Of a stretch of DNA of 64,000 nucleotides, positions 9,251 through 19,600 are shown piece after piece; within the stretch, counting starts at the first letter, position 1, and each line of letters begins with the position of its first letter. The stretch lies in the IMG/VR virus record IMGVR_UViG_3300026549_000043, positions 64,001 to 128,000 of that record; one strand, given 5' to 3'. The translations under genes and the position numbers were made by a program. The notes beneath the pieces are model-generated. The model was not told the origin of the DNA and made no database searches. It saw only the letters and a program-made list of their open reading frames with translations. This DNA is from a virus. Its lineage: Duplodnaviria > Caudoviricetes.

Positions 9251-11143
9251 ATGGCAAAAAAGGATAAAACTTTATATACTGAAAATTCTATTAAAACTCT
9301 TAAGCCACGAGAACATGTAAGACTTAGGGCAGGTTTATATCTTGGTTCTAATGAATATTCTACTCAATTGGTCAAAGAAATCTTTTATAATTCATTGGAT
9401 GAGCATTTAATTAATCACGGGAATTTAATTACTGTTATTATTAATACAGCAACCAACGAATATAGAGTTGATGATAATGGCCAGGGATTTCCAATTAATG
9501 TATTTAAAGAAAATAAAACTATTTTACAACGAGCTTTTGATACTATTAATACCTCGGGAAAATATGACGATGATGGAGTTTATTCTGGTACCTCCTTGGG
9601 GTTAAACGGAATCGGTTCAAAATTAACTAATTTCTTATCTAATTATTTAGAAGTAGTTTCCTGGAATAATGGTGAATTTGAACATATTAGGTTTGAAGAT
9701 GGAATATTCAAGTGGAGGCAACAAGGTAAATCAAGCCACCCAAATGGCACTACCGTATGTTGGCAACCTGACCCACAATTCTTCCAAGACCCTAAATCTA
9801 ATATTAACGAGTTGAAAAAGTTATTTGAAGATATAGCTGGTCTTTGTCCATCTTTAACTATTAAATTAATTATAGATGGACAAATAGAACAATTCCATTA
9901 CTCAAATGGCTTAGATGATTTGTTGACTTCTAAGGTCAAGAATAAAGAAATAACTCAAAATAGGTTTAGACTACATAAAGAAGATAAAAATAAATTATTT
10001 GATATGGTTTTAACTTATACTTCAGACTATTCTGAAAATATTACTGCCTATGTTAATTATGGCCTGACTGAATCAGGAGTTCATATTAGTAGTTTAAAAT
10101 CAGCCTTAACTAAAATGATTAATAAATATGCTACTGATATTGGAATTATTAAAAAAGAAACAGATGAATTTTCTTCATCAGAATTATCTGAAGGCTTAAA
10201 TATTATATTCAATGTAAAATGTACTGGAGTAAGTTATGATAGCCAAACTAAATCTAGAGTAGTAGACTTGGATAAATCACTAATGATTTCATCCATTAAA
10301 AAAGAATTTCCAGCCTGGTTATTAAACAATGAAAGAGATGCAAAGTTAATTATTGATAGAGCCTCAAAGGCTAGAAAAGCAAAAGAAGCTGCTCAGAATG
10401 CTAAAGAAAGAATTAGAAATGCTACAAATAAAGGGAAGAAGTTTATTTCACTTCCTACTAAATTAGTAGATGCTTATTCTAAAGATAGAACTGAATGTGA
10501 ACTATTTATCACTGAGGGAGATAGTGCGGCTAATGGGTTAATAGCTAAACGTAGCGGTAAAACACAGGCTATTTTCCCTATTAGAGGTAAAATTCTTTCT
10601 TGCAGAAAAGCTTCAATGGATAAGATTTATGCTAATCAAGAGATTTCAAATATTGTAAAGGCGTTAGGCCTAGATATTGAAAAAGAGACTGGTAAGTTAG
10701 TTTATAATGTCAAGAAACTTAGGTATGGAAAAATAATCTTAGCAGCAGATGGTGATGAAGATGGTGCTAATATTAAATCGTTATTAATTAATGCCTTGTG
10801 GTGGTTATGCCCTGAATTAATTGAGAATGGCCATGTGTGGGTTGCTGTTCCCCCACTTTATAGAATAACTTTAAAAGATAATAGTTATATATTTATAAGG
10901 GACCAAAGTTCTTTAGATGACTATAAAAAGAAACATAAGGGAAATTATAAAATAAACAGGAATAAAGGTTTAGGTGAACAATCTCCAGATGAATTGGCCT
11001 CATGCATATTATCACCTAATTCAAGAAATATATTACAACTTACTTCACCTGGGTATAAACCAGTAGATGATTTCCTTGAATGTTTATTTGGAAATGAAGT
11101 AAAACCTAGAAGAGAATATTTATTAGAGCATTATAATGATTAA
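9251..11143 (+). CDS. gyrB: type IIA DNA topoisomerase subunit B (GyrB/ParE-like)
   Basis: GHKL motifs (NSLDE, DNGQG, GLNGIG), TEGDSA, PIRGK, DGDEDG, NKGLGE. Confidence 0.92.
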   Translation: MAKKDKTLYTENSIKTLKPREHVRLRAGLYLGSNEYSTQLVKEIFYNSLDEHLINHGNLITVIINTATNEYRVDDNGQGFPINVFKENKTILQRAFDTINTSGKYDDDGVYSGTSLGLNGIGSKLTNFLSNYLEVVSWNNGEFEHIRFEDGIFKWRQQGKSSHPNGTTVCWQPDPQFFQDPKSNINELKKLFEDIAGLCPSLTIKLIIDGQIEQFHYSNGLDDLLTSKVKNKEITQNRFRLHKEDKNKLFDMVLTYTSDYSENITAYVNYGLTESGVHISSLKSALTKMINKYATDIGIIKKETDEFSSSELSEGLNIIFNVKCTGVSYDSQTKSRVVDLDKSLMISSIKKEFPAWLLNNERDAKLIIDRASKARKAKEAAQNAKERIRNATNKGKKFISLPTKLVDAYSKDRTECELFITEGDSAANGLIAKRSGKTQAIFPIRGKILSCRKASMDKIYANQEISNIVKALGLDIEKETGKLVYNVKKLRYGKIILAADGDEDGANIKSLLINALWWLCPELIENGHVWVAVPPLYRITLKDNSYIFIRDQSSLDDYKKKHKGNYKINRNKGLGEQSPDELASCILSPNSRNILQLTSPGYKPVDDFLECLFGNEVKPRREYLLEHYND

Positions 11144-11148
11144 CTATT

Positions 11149-11163
11149 GCTAAATTAAATATA
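11149..11163 (+). promoter_or_regulatory. phage-specific (putative late) promoter motif GCTAAATTWAW
   Basis: ten copies upstream of genes: 11149, 14028, 15769, 19999, 27178, 34879, 38180, 50789, 60289, 62471. Confidence 0.7.
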
Positions 11164-11180
11164 ATAGTGTATATTATATT

Positions 11181-11261
11181 AAGCGTCTTCTAGTTGACTT
11201 TATTGGCACTGACAGGCCTGTCAATTTAGTTGGTGCTGACAAGGTTTACTAGGAGATGTTT
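11181..11261 (+). promoter_or_regulatory. long RNA hairpin sequestering the RBS of the HNH gene
   Basis: GCGTCTTCTAGT pairs with ACTAGGAGATGT; nested GACTTT/AAGGTT and TTGGCACTGA/TTGGTGCTGA stems. Confidence 0.65.
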
Positions 11262-11266
11262 TATTT

Positions 11267-11962
11267 ATGACCAAAAATGAATTATTAAAACTTGATTGTT
11301 TTTATGACAACGAATATTTACAACAATATGTAGATTTAGTTAATTCTAATATCAACACTGAGTATCAAAGTGGAATTACTGAATGCCATCATATTATCCC
11401 TAAGGTTTATTTTAAATATAAAAAGTTAGAAGTTGATAATAGTAATAGTAATTTAGTTAATCTAATTTATTGTGACCATGTATTAGCTCATTGTTTGTTA
11501 GCCTTGTCCTATAAAGATAAATATCTAATTTCAGCTAGTATAGATGGAGTATATGGAGTTTTAAATAGTTTTAATATTTATAAAACTTTAGAAGAATTCG
11601 TGAAAGATTTTCCTGAAGTTAAAGATATTTTAAAATGTAATCATTTTGTATCAGACGAGCAAAAGAAAAAATTATCTAAAATAAGCTCTAATTCAAATTG
11701 ATATAATAATGGGATAAAAGAAACTTTTACTATATATAAACCTATTGGTGACGAATGAATACCTGGTCGATTACCCTTTTCTGAGAAACAAAAAGAAAAA
11801 TTCAGAAATAACAGTTTAAAATGTCATTGGTATAATGATGGTAATAAAAGTGTTTTCGCTAAAGAATGCCCACCTGGTTTTATTCCTGGAAGAATAGTTA
11901 CTGATAAATTATTGGCTTCTAATAAAAGAAATGCTCAAAAAAGAAGAAAAAAGATAAAATAA
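11267..11962 (+). mobile_element. free-standing HNH homing endonuclease (231 aa, two TGA=Trp)
   Basis: ECHHIIPK...NLVNL...HVLAH; two C-terminal repeats [W]YNNG...[W]IPGR and WYNDG...FIPGR; lies between the topoisomerase subunit genes. Confidence 0.85.
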
Positions 11963-11984
11963 ACTACTGAGTAGTTTATTTTTT
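11957..11984 (+). terminator. intrinsic terminator overlapping the -35 of the gyrA promoter
   Basis: AAATAAACTAC-TGA-GTAGTTTATTTTTT. Confidence 0.6.
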
Positions 11985-12024
11985 GTAAGTTTAATTATAT
12001 AATATAAGTAGGAGATAATCTTAT

Positions 12025-14037
12025 ATGGTTGACATTTTAAAAGAATTACACGAAGATTTTATAACCTATGCTAAAGAAGTAAATGAAAACAGGGCTTTCC
12101 CTGATGCTAGAGATGGACTGAAGCCATCAGCTAGAGCTTGTTTATGGGAAATGTTTATTCGTGGCTATACCTCAAATAAACCACACGTTAAATCAGCTAA
12201 AGTAGATGGTGGTGTTATAGCTAATTGGCATCCACACGGAAGCGAATATTCTACTTTTGTAAGGATGTCTCAGCCTTGGATAAATAATATTCCAGAAGTA
12301 GACTGGCACGGAGCAAATGGGTCTCAACTGGGTGGCCCAGAGCCAGCAGCAGCAAGATACACAGAATGTAGATTATCTACGGCGAGTGAGGATGGGTTCT
12401 TTACTAATATTAAGAAAAATACTATTGACATGATACCTAACTTTTCAGAGGATGATGAGTGGCCAATAGTATTCCCAGCCATTTTTCCAAGATTATTCGT
12501 AAACGGTTCACAAGGAATTGGCTATACAATTGCTCAGGAGTGGGAACTTGGAAATTTAAAAGAATTCACTGAAAAAGTTAAACAGTATTTAAAGAAAAAG
12601 AAAATAACTTGTGATGACATCTATCCAGATTACCCTACTGCTGGAATCATTATAAATAAGAAAGACATCCATACAATTTATGAGACTGGTAAAGGTTCTG
12701 TCGTTCTACGAGGTAAATCTGAAATAGATGGAAATCTTATTAAGATTACTTCATTACCTTATCAAGTATATGTAGAACCTTTCATAGCGAGTATTAAGGA
12801 CTTAGTTAATGAAGGCAAGCTTACAGGCATTGAAGACATCTATAATAAGTCTGACGACAATGGAATGTTAATTGAAATTGAATGTAGTGAAGATCCTAAC
12901 TTAGTTCTTAATTCACTGTTTAAGTTAACCGATTTACAATATACGTTTAGTGCTAACCAGATGGCATTAGTTAATGGGAAACCAGAACTTCTCACTTTGG
13001 AAGATTACATTAGAATCTATATAGAACATAATATAGAATGTATTAAAAGAGAGTATCAATTTGATTTAGATAAAGCCAACAGTAGAAAAGAAATAGTTGA
13101 TGGTCTGGTTAAAGCTTTAGGAATGATTGACTCAATTATTAGTACTATAAAGAAGTCTAAGAGTTCTGAAGAGGCTAAGAAATCATTAGTCTCTCAAGGT
13201 TTTACTTCTAATCAAGCCCAGGCAATTGTTGATATGCGGCTTGGAAAGTTAGCTAACTTAGAACAGGACGAACTTAATAAAGAACAAAAAGAACTTATTA
13301 AGAAAGTATCCGATCTTACAAAGGTCATCAATTCAAGTAAAACCCAGGAAAAAGAATTCTTAAAACGATTAGAAGACTTTACTTCTAGGTATGGCTGGGA
13401 AAGAAGAACAGAAGTTACTGATATTGATTTTAAGACTGAAACCAAGAAGGTAAAAACTACCATTAAAAACACTGAACAAGTAATGGTTTTATTGAACAGC
13501 GATTCTGAATTAAAGAAAGTTTCTTTAACTGATTATCGAGAATTAAAAAATTCTAATATTGTAAAATCTATAAAGGTTGGCCTCAAAGATAAAATTATTT
13601 TAATTTCTAATCTAGGGAAGATGTATAAAATAGAAGTTAATAAAATTCCAAAAGGTAGCATGAAATCTTCAGGAAAATTAGTTAGTGAATTAATTACGTT
13701 AGAGCCAAATGAATTCATTATTGATATCTTTTCTGGGAAAGAAGAAGACCCATATTTATTCTTTATAACAGATAAGGCTAATGTAAAGAAAGTTAATTCA
13801 GAAGAGATTTTTGGTATTAGTAAAAAATCTGGTACTCCAGTTTTCAAATTAAAGGAAGAATCATTATTAGAAGTATTCTTAGTTAACGATAATTCAGTTA
13901 TTAATTTAATAACTTCAAAGCCAAAAGAGTATCAAATTAAAGTTAGTGATTTTAATACTAAATCTAGAAAGGCTTCAGGAGTTAGAAGTATAAAATTAAA
14001 ATCCTATACTCTCATGGAAACTTCTTTGCTAAATTAA
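12025..14037 (+). CDS. gyrA: type IIA DNA topoisomerase subunit A (GyrA/ParC-like)
   Basis: PDARDGLKP, HPHG, AAARYTE catalytic Tyr, QAQAIVDMRL; short C-terminal domain without a canonical GyrA box. Confidence 0.92.
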   Translation: MVDILKELHEDFITYAKEVNENRAFPDARDGLKPSARACLWEMFIRGYTSNKPHVKSAKVDGGVIANWHPHGSEYSTFVRMSQPWINNIPEVDWHGANGSQLGGPEPAAARYTECRLSTASEDGFFTNIKKNTIDMIPNFSEDDEWPIVFPAIFPRLFVNGSQGIGYTIAQEWELGNLKEFTEKVKQYLKKKKITCDDIYPDYPTAGIIINKKDIHTIYETGKGSVVLRGKSEIDGNLIKITSLPYQVYVEPFIASIKDLVNEGKLTGIEDIYNKSDDNGMLIEIECSEDPNLVLNSLFKLTDLQYTFSANQMALVNGKPELLTLEDYIRIYIEHNIECIKREYQFDLDKANSRKEIVDGLVKALGMIDSIISTIKKSKSSEEAKKSLVSQGFTSNQAQAIVDMRLGKLANLEQDELNKEQKELIKKVSDLTKVINSSKTQEKEFLKRLEDFTSRYGWERRTEVTDIDFKTETKKVKTTIKNTEQVMVLLNSDSELKKVSLTDYRELKNSNIVKSIKVGLKDKIILISNLGKMYKIEVNKIPKGSMKSSGKLVSELITLEPNEFIIDIFSGKEEDPYLFFITDKANVKKVNSEEIFGISKKSGTPVFKLKEESLLEVFLVNDNSVINLITSKPKEYQIKVSDFNTKSRKASGVRSIKLKSYTLMETSLLN

Positions 14038-14062
14038 ATATAGAGAAAGGTTAGAAGAAAAA

Positions 14063-15163
14063 ATGAATAATTATTATAAAGTTTATTCTGAATTAAAGAA
14101 GTTGTCTTTATTAGAAGACCTTAAAAATAAGCTAACTGAGGAAATTATTTTACCTAATGTTATTAGTTCACCTTATGAAAAAAGAGCTAGAGTCCTTTCA
14201 AATGGGCATAAATATACTTTAGGTCCTTTAAATTCTGGTGATATTAATAAACTAGTAACTAGATTTAAAAATAAAATTAGAGAGTTTTCCAGAGACCCAG
14301 AAAAAACAACTGAAGAAAAGATTGCTGAATTTCGTAGAATAATTAATTCTCCATTAGATTCTAATTCTCCAGGTAGTACTCCAGCAGGGAAATTCTACCA
14401 TAATGCATTAAATAGTTTTGGTGGATATCCTGGAGGAGTAAATAGTCATTTATTCATCTCACCTGGAGATTATCCTGAATTTGATAAGTATTTTTTAAGT
14501 TTAATTAGAGACGCTATTGAAAAATTAGAAAATAATCAAATTAATCCAGCTACTGCTAAATTTACATTAACTCCAGAAGAAGAAGCTACTTCAAACAGAC
14601 TTATTTCCTATTTTGATAATAATGGATTTACTAATGTTTTAGGACCTATTAAATCAAAAAAGCATCCTGGTTTCTATATTTATACGGCCAGGAAAGATAT
14701 TGATAAAGATATCTTAGACTATGGAAATGAAGATTATTTTGAAATTGGTGATAATTTTGAAAGAATTAGTTCAGGTGATAAACTAAATTATAGGAGTTTA
14801 GTTTACATAAAAGAAATAGCTGATATTTTAGGGGTTAAGCCATTTGCTATGACTGATGACTGGCAACCATTAATTTCAACTGATGCTGACTCATTGGACA
14901 TTGATAAACCTGATAGAAGTTATTTTACCATTAGAGTTGAAGCTCCTTTAACAGCTGAGGGTGTTTCAAAAATTACCAAATCTTTAAAGAAAAATATTGA
15001 AGATTACGAAGAACCATTAGGTGATTTTAAAATTAAAAAGACAGACTATTATGATTACCTAAAGTATAAGGATAATCTTGGTAAAGAAAATAATGGCCAG
15101 TACATTTCTTCTTCAGATTTTACTCCAATGGAATATATGAGAGAAAAAGAAAACAATAAATAA
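14063..15163 (+). CDS. hypothetical late protein
   Basis: follows the GCTAAATT motif; N-terminal LLE/LTE motifs. Confidence 0.7.
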   Translation: MNNYYKVYSELKKLSLLEDLKNKLTEEIILPNVISSPYEKRARVLSNGHKYTLGPLNSGDINKLVTRFKNKIREFSRDPEKTTEEKIAEFRRIINSPLDSNSPGSTPAGKFYHNALNSFGGYPGGVNSHLFISPGDYPEFDKYFLSLIRDAIEKLENNQINPATAKFTLTPEEEATSNRLISYFDNNGFTNVLGPIKSKKHPGFYIYTARKDIDKDILDYGNEDYFEIGDNFERISSGDKLNYRSLVYIKEIADILGVKPFAMTDDWQPLISTDADSLDIDKPDRSYFTIRVEAPLTAEGVSKITKSLKKNIEDYEEPLGDFKIKKTDYYDYLKYKDNLGKENNGQYISSSDFTPMEYMREKENNK

Positions 15164-15287
15164 TAGAATAAAGGATATAGGTGATATAAATGAAAACAAC
15201 TAGAGAAGAATACAATAAGGCTCTAGCTGAATTTAATGCCAAGTATGTTAATACTGACAAAGATTTATTAGAGGATTAATTAGAATT

Positions 15288-15758
15288 ATGCCATTTATTA
15301 AAAGATTAAACAAACACCAACTACATTTTGAAGACCTAGTTCTATTAGGGCCAGAAGGGTTAGAAGAATTAAATGATAAAATAGAGGGTACTATCGAAAC
15401 TTTAGAAAATAATTCAGAAAGGATTAATCTTACTACTAAGATTGATGGTTGTTTAGCTCCTGAAACACTAGTAGCTACAACAGAGGGTGATACTGCTTTT
15501 AGTAAGATAATATCTGACTATAATAAAGGTAAGGTATATTATGGTTATGGAGTTAATGATTCAACTGGAGAAATTATACCAGTTGAACTTAAAATGCCAA
15601 GAGTTAAAAACGGTAATAAAAATTGGTGCACAATAGAATTTAATAATGGTGGTTATTTAACTGCTACAGTAGACCACCCAATAAAAGTTGATGATGATTA
15701 TGTTGAAGCCGGTAAGCTGGAAGTGACTACAAAAATAGAGGGTATCGATCATTTTTAG
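15288..15758 (+). CDS. N-extein (KxDG-motif protein) fused to split intein N-half
   Basis: HFEDL...TTKIDG|CLAPET (intein block A) ... LTATVDHPI (block B TxxH); TAG stop. Confidence 0.85.
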   Translation: MPFIKRLNKHQLHFEDLVLLGPEGLEELNDKIEGTIETLENNSERINLTTKIDGCLAPETLVATTEGDTAFSKIISDYNKGKVYYGYGVNDSTGEIIPVELKMPRVKNGNKNWCTIEFNNGGYLTATVDHPIKVDDDYVEAGKLEVTTKIEGIDHF

Positions 15759-15800
15759 TTTTATTGTTGCTAAATTAATTATAAAATTAAGGAGGCAAAT

Positions 15801-16661
15801 ATGGCTAATAATAATAAATCTTTAACCACCCGTAAATTAGAATATGATAAAATTGTTGAATTTAGAAAATTACATAGTATCGACTATCTAAATAATATAG
15901 CTAAGTTAATGGGTTATACAACAATATCAGAGGTATTTGATGATGGTTGGCCTATAACAGAACTAAAAAAATATAGTGATGAAGCCAGTAAATTAACTTG
16001 AGGGGCTGATATTCCAAATAGATATTGAAAATTTATGTGTAGAGAAGTTTGTAATGAATATTTAACTGAAAAATATGGGTCACCTAAAGATTACTTCAAT
16101 ACAGAAGTTTTTATTAAACGGAGAGTAACAAATATAGGTAACACTATGGAAACTAGGTATGGGTATAGAAATCCTGGCCAATCACCTGAACACCGTGAAC
16201 TTATGAAAAAGGGAAGTAATTGTAAAAATCCCTTTTCATCTGACTCTTTTAAATATAATTCATATATTCGTGGTAAAACGGTATTGCCAGAAGATAAAAT
16301 AGCATATGATGAATATAGAAAAAAGGTTGATAAGCTCACAGATATAAATAAACAAAATTTACCTTTTACAGGTATATGCTATTATACAGAATTACCTATT
16401 TTTAAATATGATGGTAATAAAACAATTAATAGAAATGATTGGAATATGGCTACAATAGATCATAAAATTTCTGTTATAGCTGGTTTTTTAAGAGGTATTT
16501 CTCCTGAAATTATTTCTAGTGTAGATAATTTATGTTGATGCTCAAAGTATTTTAATAGTTTCAAGGGTTCCAAATGTGAAGATGAAATTAGGCTGTCAGG
16601 TCTGATCGAACGATTTAAGGAGGTTATTAAAAAATACTATGCAAGTAGTGAAGGTGACTAA
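15801..16661 (+). mobile_element. free-standing HNH-type endonuclease between split-intein halves (286 aa, three TGA=Trp)
   Basis: track ORFs 15801 and 16035 join in frame; RYGYRNP helix motif; IDHKISV...NLC[W]CSKYFNSFK HNH-like core. Confidence 0.8.
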
Positions 16662-19600
16662 ATTAAAGACAAAATTTCCCCAGTGTGATCTCACAACTGA
16701 TACAGAAAACTTTTATGTAAAAGTTGGTGACAAATACATTTTAGTACATAATTCCCCAGCTTTAATAGTATGGCATGAATATCCAGGCTACCCAAATGAT
16801 TCAGTAGCTCTAAAGGGTTTTCTTTCTGGACCACAAAATGCTATTTCTACTCCAGAACAAGTAGATGCTAAGTATGGTGATAGACCAGGAATGTCTCAGA
16901 TGTTGAAGTATGGATTACAAATAGCCAAAGAGATTCCTTCTGGTGAAGCTTGGCAGGGTGATTGCTTGTTTGTAAAAGATACCAAGAGGGAAGAAGAAAT
17001 TAATGGTAAAGATTACATTACATTCCAGCCTAATAAGATTATCTATGCTTTTTCTGAAGATAATCCTGGGTATGAAAAAGTAAAGAATGCAGATTTTGGA
17101 ATTGCTTTCCATACTATTTATACAGGTGAAGATAAGCATCAATCTTTTAAAGTAGATCCTTCAAAATTAAATGTTCCAGATAATATTTATATTATGTCTC
17201 CAACCTTAAATAGACCAAAAGATGTAAAGGTATTTAATTTGGATGGGGTTAAATCTCAATTTGATAAACTTCAGAATTTAGAACAAAAATTATTATCCAG
17301 TTTTGAATACGAAGATTTAGTTAATAATCAGGTATTCATGAAATACTGGAATACTTTTGAAAATGCTAATTTAGCTGATAAAAAATCTGTTACTATTAAT
17401 GAAAATACTTTTATTAATGATTTAAAAGAATACATCAAAGATAAGAGAACAAAAGAATTTGAAACCCAGGTTGGTAAATTAAAGACTGATGCTGGGAAAG
17501 AAAAAGCTAAAACTAAGTATGAACAAGATTTAGAAGACTTACGAGAATTAATTGATCACAATAAAGATTTACTTACTACACTAGTACAGACTCTTAATTG
17601 TGCTGCTACAATTAAAATGTTATTATGGCAAGGATTTAAACAAACACAATTTGACTATAATACTTTCTATCGTTCTAGAACTAAAGGTTATATTCCAGGT
17701 GAAATGGAAGGTGTAGCCATGAGTGACCAAGACGGTAATATTGTTAAGATCGTAGACCGTAGTACTTTTAGTTCTTATAATCGTGATCCCGATATCCTAG
17801 CGGGGTTCGATCACCCTGAAAATCTTACCGAAGAACAATCTTGTTTTATTGAAAAATATAATAAAGAATTAAGTGAATGTGAGACTAAACAACTTTGGGA
17901 AAGATTTGGTAGATTATTAGAAGATGACCAAAGAACTGTTGTATTAGCTTTCGGGAGACTTAATCCCCCTACCTGGGGTCATCGTAAATTAGTAGATAAG
18001 ATGGCATCACTAGCTCAGAGTGAAAAGGCAAAGTTATTCTTAAGTCATACACAGGATAAGAAAAAGAACCCTTTAAGCTATGAAGATAAAATTCATTTTG
18101 CCAAAGAAGCTTTTGAACCTCAGATAGATGTCGTTAAGTCAGATGCAAGGACAATCATTGAAGTCTTAACCGATCTTTATAAAGAAGGGGTAAAGAACAT
18201 CATCTATGTTGGTGGAGAAGATCGTATTGGTGGAAAAGAAGATGTCTCTGACTTGATCCTAAGATATAATGGCCAACCAGATAAGCAAGGTAACATTCTA
18301 TACGATTTTGATTCAATTCAATTTAAGAACGCTGGATCTAGATCAGATGACTCAGATGACTTTGTAGAAAGAGCTTCAGCAAGCTTAGCAAGAAAGTATG
18401 CCCAGGAGGGTGACTTTAAACACTTTAGTGAAATAGTCCCATTCAGTGATGCTGATGCCAAAGAACTTTATAAAAAGGTTAGATCTGGATTGGGTCTTAG
18501 TGATGAAATATTAACCGAAGCCAATTTTAGTTACCCAGATATCCTTAAAACAAACCATAGCTATTATCTTGATGTAGTCGATGATTTTTTAAGTGATGGT
18601 GTTGTTGGTGCTGATAATAATATATATAAGATAAAACCTACTCAAGATGCAGAAGAAGTTAAAAACGAATTAATTTCTATTAAAGAATTAGTTGGTAAAA
18701 ATAACCAAGAATTTAATAAAAAGTTTAAGGATATAACTGGTGTTGAATGGACTAAAATTTATAAGGGTAAATATTCTGGTCATACAAATGGACAATCATC
18801 AGGTGAAGCAGCCGAGGCAGTAGTATCTTATTTATATAATAATCCGGGAAAGGATCTCCCAGATGGAGTAGAGATCTCTGATAAATGGATTACCTCTTCT
18901 AAAAATATTGCTAATTTTTTAGAAAATATTTGGCCACATGAAAATTATTTTGCTATCCATGTTAATGGTAATGATTTAGAACCTATTGGAGAATATAAGA
19001 ATATTGGTAAATTATTTAAATCTAAAAAAGAAGCTGCCTCTGTTTTAGGATTAAAAAATGAACTAGATGATTTATATGTAGGTGGAAAAGATACCTGGAA
19101 TAAAGCTGATATTTTATTAGTTAAAAAAGGTGCTCCTATATTAAAGTACTTTGAAAATATTAAAAATAGCTCTGATTATAATGAAAGGATAAATCAACTA
19201 GCTTCAGGGGATTCACCTTTATTAATCCCAGTGTCATTAAAGGGTGTTTCAAATAGAACAAACTTAACTGTTGTCCCAGAAGGATTTGATGCTGGTGAAG
19301 TCTTACATGCTAAAGATATAAAAGTAGTATTCCCAATAAAACCATTAGAGCCTGAAACTAATAATTGTAGTTGTTGGTTAATAGATAATCTGGGTAGAAG
19401 AATACAATTTAGAAGACAAACAGATACTGAAGATAATCTTAGTGTTGAAGTGTCATTGAATAAAGATTCTCGTGGAGGTAAGGGTATTACCAGATTGAAG
19501 AAAGAACTAGGATTGTCTAATAATGAATGGTATAAAACTCCTATAACTTCTGAGAATGAATTATATAGCAAACTTAGAAACCTAGGTGAATTATCAAAAC

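Noticed and set aside
15288-16752. A single contiguous intein with an internal endonuclease joined by read-through
   Set aside because: The N-half ends in TAG with a further in-frame TAA, and the C-half is in a different frame with its own RBS.
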